Positions 16,751-23,908 are shown, counted from the first letter of the stretch. The stretch: 32,000 nucleotides of DNA from Vibrio alginolyticus NBRC 15630 = ATCC 17749 (GCF_000354175.2 NC_022349.1:2730001-2762000), one strand, 5' to 3'. The notes: a model not told the origin generated them from the letters alone. Program-made: numbers and translations.

Positions 16751-18703
16751 TTAAGCCGCTTGTTGACCGCCAAGGATGTTTAGAATCTCTTCCACATCGT
16801 TGGTGCTGGTTAGCTTCTCAATTGCCTCCGGCTCATCGAGCGCGTTCGTAATGGTGGTAATCACCTGGATGTGCTCATCGTTCTTAGCGGCAATGCCGAT
16901 AACCAGTTTCGCTACATCATCGTCGTCTTCAGTAAATTGGATACCCGATGGGTATTGGCAGATTACAATGCCAGTTTTCTTCACGCGGTCTTTCGCTTCT
17001 ACCGTACCGTGAGGTACTGCGATAGATTCGCCTAGGTAAGTTGGAACCAATGCTTCACGCTCAAACATCGCGTCTACGTATTCTGGTTCTGCGTAGCCAA
17101 GTTCGACCAACTTGTTGCCCGCGAAGCGAATCGCTTCTTCTTTGTTGGCAGCTTTCAAACCTAGGTGAATGTTTTCACGCTGGATTTGGAACACCGACGT
17201 TTGCTGTGGCTCGAAGTTGTCGTCGTTTGCTGCCACGAGCGAAACTTTTACCATTTGGTCGTCATTGGCTGCGGATTGGTTTTGCGCTGCTAGTAGTTTG
17301 GTGACTAGCTGGTTGTACATCTCGCTGTCTAGGAAGTTAGTCAATGAAATGTGGTGTGCGTTTGGAGCATGCTTACGTGCACGATCCGTTAAGTCTTTAT
17401 GAGTAATCACGATATCTGCACTCTCTGGTAAGCTGTTAATGGCAAGGTTGGTTACGTGGATGTTCAGACCTGCGTCTTGAACCTTTTTGCGTAGCATGCT
17501 CGCGCCCATTGCACTCGAGCCCATGCCCGCATCACAAGCGACAATGATGCTTTGTACTGTCGCTAGGTCTACGTCACCTTTGCTTTGGCTGTTTACCACC
17601 GCATCGTTTTTAGATGCAGATTTCATGTCTTTCATTTGTGATGTTGCTTTTTCTAGTGCTGCTTCATCACCGTCTTCTTCTGTTGACGTTTGAGTCTTCA
17701 TTAGCAGTGCTGCTACGGCGAATGACACGCCTGTTGCTGCTGCAATAGACGCTAGAACACCAACGATTGAGCCTTTCTGAGTCATCAACAAGATTGCAAA
17801 GATTGAACCTGGTGATGCTGGAGAAACGATACCTGCGTTAAAGATAGTTAGAACGAATACGCCAGTCATACCACCTGCGATAGCCGCAAGGATTAGGCGA
17901 GGGTTCATTAGGATGTATGGGAAGTAAATCTCGTGGATACCGCCGAAGAAGTGGATGATTGATGCACCACCTGCCGTTTGACGAGCCGTACCTTTACCAA
18001 ACACCATGTAAGCTAGCAGGATACCTAGTCCAGGACCTGGGTTTGCTTCGATTAGGAAGAAGATCGATTGACCTGTTTCAGACGCTTGTTGGATACCCAG
18101 TGGAGAGAAAATACCGTGGTTGATCGCATTGTTTAGGAACAGGATCTTCGCAGGTTCAACGAAGATTGAAGTCAGTGGTAGCAGGTGAGCAGAAACTAGG
18201 AAGTTAACGCCAGCCGCCAAGCCACCAGAAAGAATCTTTACGAATGGACCGATAAAGATGAAGGCAAGGATCGCACATAGCATGCCGATGATGCCCGCAG
18301 AGAAGTTGTTAACCAACATCTCGAAGCCACTTTTTACTTTACCATCGATGTAGTTATCGAATTTCTTGATAGCCCAGCCGCCCATTGGGCCGACCATCAT
18401 TGCCCCCATAAACATTGGGATGTCTGTGCCGACAATCACACCCATTGTTGTGATTGCACCGACTACCGCACCACGATCGCCACCAACTAATTTACCACCG
18501 GTGTAACCGATAAGTAGTGGCAGCAAGTAGGTAATCATTGGGCCAACCATAGAGGCTAACGTTTCGTTTGGTAGCCATCCAGTTGGGATAAATAGAGCAG
18601 TGATAAAGCCCCACGCGATAAACGCGCCGATGTTTGGCATTACCATGTTTGACAGAAAACGACCAAAATTTTGTATCTTGATCTTGGCATCTGGTGATAT
18701 CAT
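16751..18703 (-). CDS. mtlA: PTS mannitol-specific EIICBA component
   Basis: From the ATG at 18703 the product starts MISPDAKIKIQNFGRFLSNMVMPNIGAFIAWG and stays collinear with E. coli MtlA to the EIIA domain (GESIAVPHGTVEAKDRV). GGGGA Shine-Dalgarno upstream. The TTG-initiated 28-codon extension to 18787 is rejected. Confidence 0.95.
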   Translation of the reverse strand: MISPDAKIKIQNFGRFLSNMVMPNIGAFIAWGFITALFIPTGWLPNETLASMVGPMITYLLPLLIGYTGGKLVGGDRGAVVGAITTMGVIVGTDIPMFMGAMMVGPMGGWAIKKFDNYIDGKVKSGFEMLVNNFSAGIIGMLCAILAFIFIGPFVKILSGGLAAGVNFLVSAHLLPLTSIFVEPAKILFLNNAINHGIFSPLGIQQASETGQSIFFLIEANPGPGLGILLAYMVFGKGTARQTAGGASIIHFFGGIHEIYFPYILMNPRLILAAIAGGMTGVFVLTIFNAGIVSPASPGSIFAILLMTQKGSIVGVLASIAAATGVSFAVAALLMKTQTSTEEDGDEAALEKATSQMKDMKSASKNDAVVNSQSKGDVDLATVQSIIVACDAGMGSSAMGASMLRKKVQDAGLNIHVTNLAINSLPESADIVITHKDLTDRARKHAPNAHHISLTNFLDSEMYNQLVTKLLAAQNQSAANDDQMVKVSLVAANDDNFEPQQTSVFQIQRENIHLGLKAANKEEAIRFAGNKLVELGYAEPEYVDAMFEREALVPTYLGESIAVPHGTVEAKDRVKKTGIVICQYPSGIQFTEDDDDVAKLVIGIAAKNDEHIQVITTITNALDEPEAIEKLTSTNDVEEILNILGGQQAA

Positions 18704-18706
18704 AAC

Positions 18707-18874
18707 AATTCCCCGTTCGATGTTCTGATGAATCTTGTTGTAGTAAACGGTTCGCCAAAACCGTTTGTTTGATTGCTTAGTACCCAATCAATTTACCACA
18801 CATTTTCCAATTGGAACTGACAACGGGTTTTTCGTGATCTACGCCCGCATTTCTTAGGCTGAGAAACGGTTTTT
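18707..18874 (+). ncRNA. Candidate MtlS-like cis-antisense sRNA opposite the mtlA 5' leader (boundaries uncertain)
   Basis: A plus-strand promoter-like element lies inside the first mtlA codons: TTGTAT (18671-18676), 18 nt, then extended -10 TGgTGATAT (18692-18700). This predicts a start near 18707, a few nt upstream of the mtlA ATG. Candidate plus-strand 3' ends are a hairpin at 18745-18766 followed by gtttg, a T5 run at 18828-18832, and a hairpin at 18845-18869 followed by T5 (18870-18874). An antisense sRNA in this position (MtlS) is described in V. cholerae. Confidence 0.3.
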
Positions 18875-18993
18875 AAGTGACCAAGTTCAACTTATTAACT
18901 TGTAACTTAATAACAAAAAGCCACTTTTAAATCTGTCAATAAAAATCTTAGTGATCAATCCGATCTTCTGACAAATTTAAAATCAAAATACTT

Positions 18994-19009
18994 TGTGACT
19001 TTGATCACT
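18994..19009. promoter_or_regulatory. CRP-like binding site upstream of mtlA
   Basis: TGTGA-ctttga-TCACt matches the TGTGA-N6-TCACA consensus at 9 of 10 positions. Confidence 0.5.
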
Positions 19010-19044
19010 TTTGGTTTTTTTTGAAATTCGAATTAAATACTTGT

Positions 19045-19060
19045 AATGATCAATGTCACG
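19045..19060. promoter_or_regulatory. Second, weaker CRP-like site upstream of mtlA
   Basis: aaTGA-tcaatg-TCACg matches the consensus at 7 of 10 positions. It is centred 51 bp from the first site. Confidence 0.35.
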
Positions 19061-19300
19061 TTTTGTGTTGAGTTGTGGTGGATTTAAAGTGTGACCTGGA
19101 TCTGTTTTTGTTTTTTGTGAAAGTTTGTGACGGAATTGGTGAGATAAATGCTATCTAGATCTTTCGATAGATTGTATCTATAAGAGTCTTTTCGGCGCAC
19201 TTCACGGAGCACGCCTAATTAGTTGATGAAAGGGTAAATAAAGAGAGTCGCCACACGGTTCTTCTTGTGATTCCCAACTCTCTACTTATAATCACTGTTC

Positions 19301-21064
19301 TTAATCATCGTTGCTATTAGTATGATAGACGAGGTAGTCATGAGCTTGCTCGCGTCCCATATACCTTGCCAACGTCTTTTCTTGAACATCGCGCAAATCC
19401 ACCATAATCAATCCATCTAGAGCGTTATTGAATGCAGGGTCGACGTTGAAGCATACCAGCTTGCCATTGAGGCTTAAGTACTGACGCAGCAAAACGGGCA
19501 CTCCTTTCCCTTCATCGATTCTGGCAATGACACGTGACAATAGCTGTAAATCACCCAGAGCGGTGAGCATGCTGGTATTCCAGTCACGGTGGTGCTCAGG
19601 AAGTGGGTTAGAAGGCGTGACGTATTCTGCACAGTTGTTGTCGTAGTGGTGCAGTGTCATTGATTGAGCCAGTAATTGACGTGCAGTATCGCTATAATCG
19701 TTGCTAATGCTTACCGGACCAAATAGGTGAGTGTAATCTGGGTTTTGATGAACGAACGTTGCGATGCCTTTCCACAGTAGCAGTAGCGCGCTCATGCTCT
19801 TTTGATATTGATGTGCAATCACAGAGCGCCCCATCTCAATGGATTTACCCATTTGGTCGATAAAGCGTTGGTCATAGTTAAACAACGTTCGTGAATACAG
19901 ACCTGCTACGCCGCGCTTTTCAATCAGTTGATCAACCAGACCTAAACGATACGCGCCCACCAAGCATTGGTTCTCTCTGTCCCACACAAACAGATGCAGG
20001 TAATCATGATCGAAATGGTCAATGTCTATTGCTAGTCCAGTCCCTTCGCCAACTTGTCGGAAATTGAGCTCACGTAGGCGACCAATTTCATGCAGTAGGG
20101 AAGGGATACTCTGCGACTCCGTGCAGTAAACATCGAACTCACCACTTGTTAGCAGCTTGGACTCTTTTGGTAAGTTGTTCAGCTCTTCAAGCAATTCGCC
20201 TACGGGTAACCCTGCCGCTATTGGAGAGAGCATTTCTGATGAAGAAGAAGGCTTCACTGAATGGGTTTCACGATTGAGCAAGTAAGTGTTGAGCCGCAAA
20301 TAGTTCACCACTTGATCATCGTTAAGTGTGTTGATCTCTTTGAATTTGATCACTTGGCCAAAAGATAAATCGATGGTTTGCGCATGTTTGTTTAGCAACT
20401 CTCGACCAAGCAGTAGGGTACGCAAAAGTGGATGGATTTTCCCTGCCATATAGAAGCGTTTCGAGTTCTGGCCACTGATGAATACTGGAACTGTCGTTGC
20501 TTTGTTTTTGCGAATTAGGCTACTTACGCTTCGACTCCACGCTTTGTCTTCCAAGCGTTGCTGTTTGGCATCGACTAACTGGGAAACCTCACCGGCAGGA
20601 AAGACAAGCAATAAGCCGCCACTTGCGAGGTGTTTATTAGCCGCTCTGAGGGCCTTCATATTTGATTTGACGGCGTCTTTGCCTTCAAACACATCGACAC
20701 CAATGAAGAGCTGATCTAACTCTGGTACGGTTTTCAGGTATTGATTGGCTAGAATTTGGATATCGTCTCGTACCATCAACAAGAGTTCGGCCAAGATGAC
20801 GCCTTCCACACAACCAAGCGGGTGGTTCGCCACAATGACGGTAGCACCTTGTTTAGGCACTGAGTCGAGTGAACCATGAGCAATGCGATAATCGATACCT
20901 AAAATATCCAACGTGAAGCGGAGAAAAGTTTTGGTATCGGCATTAACGGGGCGTTGAGCGTAGAACTTATCAAGCTGGTTTAAACCGGTTGCCCATTCAG
21001 CAACGTTTTCACCAATGCCAAACGGCGTTTTACGAGGGAGACGAAAAGGGGTTGAACTATCCAT
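19301..21064 (-). CDS. olsF: Two-domain acyltransferase: N-terminal PlsC/lyso-lipid O-acyltransferase-like + C-terminal GNAT/OlsB-like N-acyltransferase (OlsF-like ornithine-lipid synthase candidate; this family is often annotated 'putative hemolysin')
   Basis: The N-terminal half has acyltransferase motifs VANHPLGCVEG and VFPAGEVS. The C-terminal half resembles the OlsB/GNAT-type 'hemolysin-like' fold (LFVWDRENQCLVGAYRLG). The ATG at 21064 has a GAGGT Shine-Dalgarno 5 nt upstream. The TTG at 21082 is rejected. Confidence 0.6.
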   Translation of the reverse strand: MDSSTPFRLPRKTPFGIGENVAEWATGLNQLDKFYAQRPVNADTKTFLRFTLDILGIDYRIAHGSLDSVPKQGATVIVANHPLGCVEGVILAELLLMVRDDIQILANQYLKTVPELDQLFIGVDVFEGKDAVKSNMKALRAANKHLASGGLLLVFPAGEVSQLVDAKQQRLEDKAWSRSVSSLIRKNKATTVPVFISGQNSKRFYMAGKIHPLLRTLLLGRELLNKHAQTIDLSFGQVIKFKEINTLNDDQVVNYLRLNTYLLNRETHSVKPSSSSEMLSPIAAGLPVGELLEELNNLPKESKLLTSGEFDVYCTESQSIPSLLHEIGRLRELNFRQVGEGTGLAIDIDHFDHDYLHLFVWDRENQCLVGAYRLGLVDQLIEKRGVAGLYSRTLFNYDQRFIDQMGKSIEMGRSVIAHQYQKSMSALLLLWKGIATFVHQNPDYTHLFGPVSISNDYSDTARQLLAQSMTLHHYDNNCAEYVTPSNPLPEHHRDWNTSMLTALGDLQLLSRVIARIDEGKGVPVLLRQYLSLNGKLVCFNVDPAFNNALDGLIMVDLRDVQEKTLARYMGREQAHDYLVYHTNSNDD

Positions 21065-21094
21065 ATTTACCTCAGCGTACAAGTTGCTGATTGG

Positions 21095-21128
21095 ATAGTA
21101 GAAATTACAGATGACAGTTAAGAGGCAA
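21095..21128 (-). promoter_or_regulatory. Candidate Pho-box-type promoter of the olsF-like gene
   Basis: The minus strand reads TTGCCTC-TTAA-CTGTCAT-(10 nt)-TACTAT. The promoter-proximal repeat matches the CTGTCAT Pho-box heptamer exactly. The distal repeat matches only 3 of 7. The 10-nt gap to a TACTAT -10 box fits the usual Pho-promoter architecture. Confidence 0.3.
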
Positions 21129-21297
21129 AAGCATGAGCCTTTGGTGACAAACCAATGAAGCTTTATTGACTAAAGAAAACGGTATATCACTGTGCTATGA
21201 ATCAAAACTCGCGTTATGTCTCCCTCTTAAAACAATAGATAGGCTATCTTATCTAGAACAAAGATTAAGCTAAGTTGATATTTATCAGGGGGAAATA

Positions 21298-22017
21298 ATG
21301 GAACGAGTTTCCAATAAAGCAGCACTTTGGATTGGGCTAAGTTTGATACTTGGTCTTGGCATCCTTGGCTATTTTATGCAGCAGACGGCGGTGAAATACC
21401 GAGCCTATGAAAGAGTCGTGACAGTAAAAGGTTTGTCGGAGCGTGAGTATCCTGCTGATACGGTGATTTGGCCGATTCAATTTACTCTAGCGAGTAATGA
21501 TATGGGAGCCATGTTTGATGAAATTGACCAGCAAACCCGTTTGATTTTGGACTTTCTAAGTGCCAAAGGGCTTCCTGAAACCAGCGTTTCCCTTTCTTCC
21601 CCAGCGGTCATTGACAGAAAAGCACAGCAATATGGGAGCGAGCAAGACATTGAGTATCGTTATTTGGCCTCGCGAACCGTTACGGTTTACAGCCAGAGTG
21701 TTGATGTTGTTCGAGCGGCAATCAATGAAATAGGTGAGCTAGGAAAACAAGGCGTTTTGCTTAACCAAGATCCTTATGCAAATCGTGTTGAGTACAGCTT
21801 TACTAAGCTGAATGATGTGAAGCCAGACATGATCGAAGAAGCGACTAAGAATGCGCGTGAAGTGGCTGAGAAATTTGCGAAAGACTCACAGAGTTCACTG
21901 GGTAAGATCAAACGTGCAACTCAAGGGCAGTTCTCGATTTATGACCGAGACAGCAACACGCCTTACATTAAGAAAGTACGAGTGGTATCGACGGTTCAAT
22001 ATTACTTATCTGATTAA
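21298..22017 (+). CDS. SIMPL/DUF541-domain protein with N-terminal membrane anchor or signal sequence
   Basis: N-terminal hydrophobic segment (ALWIGLSLILGLGILGYF), then a region with the general character of the SIMPL (YggE-like) family. AGGGGGA Shine-Dalgarno before the ATG at 21298. The family call is by recognition only. Confidence 0.65.
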   Translation: MERVSNKAALWIGLSLILGLGILGYFMQQTAVKYRAYERVVTVKGLSEREYPADTVIWPIQFTLASNDMGAMFDEIDQQTRLILDFLSAKGLPETSVSLSSPAVIDRKAQQYGSEQDIEYRYLASRTVTVYSQSVDVVRAAINEIGELGKQGVLLNQDPYANRVEYSFTKLNDVKPDMIEEATKNAREVAEKFAKDSQSSLGKIKRATQGQFSIYDRDSNTPYIKKVRVVSTVQYYLSD

Positions 22018-22160
22018 AGTTGCGCTCATATAGTCAATAGTTGGTCGTTCCATCACCTTCTATTTGTAGAGGTATCTATGCTCTGTGATAGGGAAATCAG
22101 TCTTCGATGACGCTATATACAAGTACTTTTTTATAAAACTAAGTTCTTAACAGTGATGAG

Positions 22161-22196
22161 GTGAGTTTGATAATAATCAAGCTCACTTGTTTCTTA
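22161..22196 (+). terminator. Rho-independent terminator-like hairpin about 145 nt downstream of the SIMPL gene
   Basis: 11-bp stem gtgagtttgat (22161-22171) pairs with atcaagctcac (22176-22186), with one G-U pair and loop aata, followed by ttgtttctt. Confidence 0.5.
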
Positions 22197-22240
22197 TGAG
22201 CGTAAGTTAGTATGACTTATTGCTAGAAGGAATTAGTATC

Positions 22241-22516
22241 ATGGCATACAAGCACTTTATTAGAGAACTACTGGGTTTAGCGATTGTTGTCTCTGTCGTC
22301 TTTGGCGTATTAGGCGTGATGTTAGAGCTCTTCGCACTGACGGCACTTTGGGAGCATCAGCAAACGATAGCCGATGTTTTCTTCCATGAATCTCTCTACT
22401 TCATCGTATTTTTAATCCCACCATACTTCCTCTGGAAGTTGATTAACCGTCCTGAATTGGTTTCTGCTGACCAAGCTTATTTGGCAATGAAGTTAGAGGC
22501 TGAAAGTCGACAATGA
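22241..22516 (+). CDS. Small hypothetical membrane protein (91 aa, two predicted TM helices)
   Basis: ORF with an ATG at 22241 and an AAGGA Shine-Dalgarno about 10 nt upstream. The track starts it at a TTG at 22220. Two hydrophobic stretches are present (LLGLAIVVSVVFGVLGVMLELFALTAL and LYFIVFLIPPYFLW). I recognise no family. Confidence 0.5.
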   Translation: MAYKHFIRELLGLAIVVSVVFGVLGVMLELFALTALWEHQQTIADVFFHESLYFIVFLIPPYFLWKLINRPELVSADQAYLAMKLEAESRQ

Positions 22517-22540
22517 GTCGATTTAGTGAGTAATGAAAAG

Positions 22541-22569
22541 AAGAGGCTATGAGCAAACATTAGCCTCTT
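22541..22569. terminator. Shared hairpin terminator between convergent genes (small ORF and metQ-like)
   Basis: 9-bp stem aagaggcta (22541-22549) pairs with tagcctctt (22561-22569) around an 11-nt loop. T-rich tracts follow on both strands. Confidence 0.55.
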
Positions 22570-22611
22570 TTCTATCTGATTCGTGGAGCAAAATATTCGC
22601 TGCTTTATTGA

Positions 22612-23415
22612 TTAAAAAGCTGCTTCGATTGTGCCTTTGAAAGTGCGATCGAGGTAATCACGAATCGCTTGAGATTGATAAATAGAAACGAACTTTTTAT
22701 ACGCTTCATTATTTTTGTCTGCGTCACGAGTGGCGATGACCATGACTGCTAATGGGGCGTCTTTTGCTTCAAGATAGATACTTTGTTTCTTCGGATCTAA
22801 ACCAGAAGACATTACGTAGTTCATTGTAATCGCAGCCGCGTCCACATCATCTAATGTTCTTGGTAGCTGAGCGGCATCTACCTCGACAAATTCAAATGAT
22901 TTTGCGTTTTTTGTGATATCAGTTAGGGCGGCTTTATGGCCAACACCCTGTTTCAGCTCAATTAAACCTGCATCGGCGAGTAGCAACAGACCACGACCAC
23001 CGTTGGTAGGGTCATTTGGAAGCGCTATACGTGCATTGTTTGGAAGCTCTTGCAGTGAGCGATACTTATTGGAATAAAGCCCCATACGCATAAGAATGGA
23101 CTGACCAATTGATACTAATTGGGCGTTATGGCTACTGTTGAAGTTGTCTAAAAATGGCTGGTGCTGATAGCTATTAATATCGATGCTACCATCGCTAAGA
23201 GCGGCATTAGGTGTCACGTAGTCAGAAAACTCAATGACTTCGACATTCAAACCTTGCTTTGCTGCCTCCTTCGCTACCGCCTCGACTACTTGTGCATGTG
23301 GTCCAACTGTCGCGCCCACTTTAATGACAGAGTCATCTTTTTCTCCACAAGCGCTTAAGCCGACTACTGTCGTGAGAATCAAAGCTAGTTTCTTTAAGTG
23401 ACCAATACTTTTCAT
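22612..23415 (-). CDS. metQ: MetQ/NlpA-family lipoprotein (methionine ABC transporter substrate-binding protein), not adjacent to metN/metI
   Basis: Lipobox VGLSAC at the signal-peptide end. MetQ-family similarity is present (IKVGATVGPHAQV, DINSYQHQPFLDNF). No permease or ATPase genes lie nearby. Confidence 0.85.
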   Translation of the reverse strand: MKSIGHLKKLALILTTVVGLSACGEKDDSVIKVGATVGPHAQVVEAVAKEAAKQGLNVEVIEFSDYVTPNAALSDGSIDINSYQHQPFLDNFNSSHNAQLVSIGQSILMRMGLYSNKYRSLQELPNNARIALPNDPTNGGRGLLLLADAGLIELKQGVGHKAALTDITKNAKSFEFVEVDAAQLPRTLDDVDAAAITMNYVMSSGLDPKKQSIYLEAKDAPLAVMVIATRDADKNNEAYKKFVSIYQSQAIRDYLDRTFKGTIEAAF

Positions 23416-23436
23416 TGTAGCTCCATTTTTTGTTTT

Positions 23437-23460
23437 AGACGTCCATACGTTTATATGTCC
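23437..23460. promoter_or_regulatory. Tandem MetJ 'met boxes' in the metQ 5' region
   Basis: Three contiguous 8-mers, AGACGTCc / AtACGTtT / AtAtGTCc, match the AGACGTCT consensus at 7/8, 6/8 and 5/8. They begin 22 nt upstream of the metQ ATG. Confidence 0.55.
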
Positions 23461-23633
23461 ATACTATCAGAAGTTGTCTGAGGGTCAATGGTTTAAATTA
23501 CGAGCAGACATTTTGTTTCGATTGCTCGTATAGAAAGCCAGATAATAGTTAAAGAAGAGGGGAAGAAGAAAAGCTATTACGAGGTTAGTGACGAGTTACC
23601 GCAACCGAAACTGTACCCAAAGATATAAGATAC

Positions 23634-23670
23634 AAAAAAGGCGTAGTAGGTATTAACCTGCTACGCCTTT
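23634..23670 (-). terminator. Rho-independent terminator downstream of the tRNA
   Basis: Minus-strand stem of about 11-14 bp (ggcgtagcagg pairs with cctactacgcc, one G-U pair) with loop ttaata, followed by T6. Confidence 0.8.
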
Positions 23671-23677
23671 CGAAATA

Positions 23678-23753
23678 TGGTGGCCCCTCGCAGACTTGAA
23701 CTGCGGACCAATCGATTATGAGTCGACTGCTCTAACCACTGAGCTAAGGGGCC
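23678..23753 (-). tRNA. ileX: tRNA with CAU anticodon, ileX-like (tRNA-Ile2, lysidine-modified); automated tools often label it tRNA-Met
   Basis: The 76-nt reverse complement is GGCCCCTTAGCTCAGTGGTTAGAGCAGTCGACTCATAATCGATTGGTCCGCAGTTCAAGTCTGCGAGGGGCCACCA. It folds as a cloverleaf with an encoded CCA. The acceptor stem (GGCCCCT), D-arm and anticodon loop match E. coli ileX rather than elongator or initiator tRNA-Met. Confidence 0.9.
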
Positions 23754-23767
23754 TTAATAGGACAACG

Positions 23768-23796
23768 ATTATAGGGGAAGCGTTGCAAGGTGTCTA
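23768..23796 (-). promoter_or_regulatory. Sigma70 promoter candidate for the tRNA gene
   Basis: The minus strand reads TAGACA - 17 nt - TATAAT. The -10 box ends 15 nt before the mature tRNA 5' end. Confidence 0.5.
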
Positions 23797-23851
23797 GATA
23801 CCAACTAGGGCAATTGCGCTTAGTTTTTATCCACTTAGAACAGTAGATAAT

Positions 23852-23880
23852 AAAAAAGGTGACCTAAAGTCACCTTTTTT
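23852..23880 (-). terminator. Rho-independent terminator of rpoD (symmetrical)
   Basis: aaaaaaggtgac - ctaaa - gtcacctttttt forms a 12-bp stem once the A6/T6 runs are included. It lies 29 nt downstream of the rpoD stop. Confidence 0.85.
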
Positions 23881-23908
23881 GATTTCTAAAAGCTTGTATG
23901 CGCTGCGA

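Noticed and set aside
18704-18787. TTG-initiated extension of mtlA. The same issue affects the olsF-like gene (21065-21082), rpoD (25772-25828), dnaG (27638-27649) and tsaD (28617-28703).
   Set aside because: In each case an internal ATG with a Shine-Dalgarno gives an N-terminus collinear with well-known homologues. The extensions start at non-ATG codons or lack an RBS and look like translated UTR.
23416-23677. Integrated-island remnant (att duplication) next to the tRNA 3' end
   Set aside because: No extended copy of the tRNA 3' segment is present; only a 6-nt GAGGGG coincidence occurs. No integrase or phage-like ORF lies between metQ and the tRNA.
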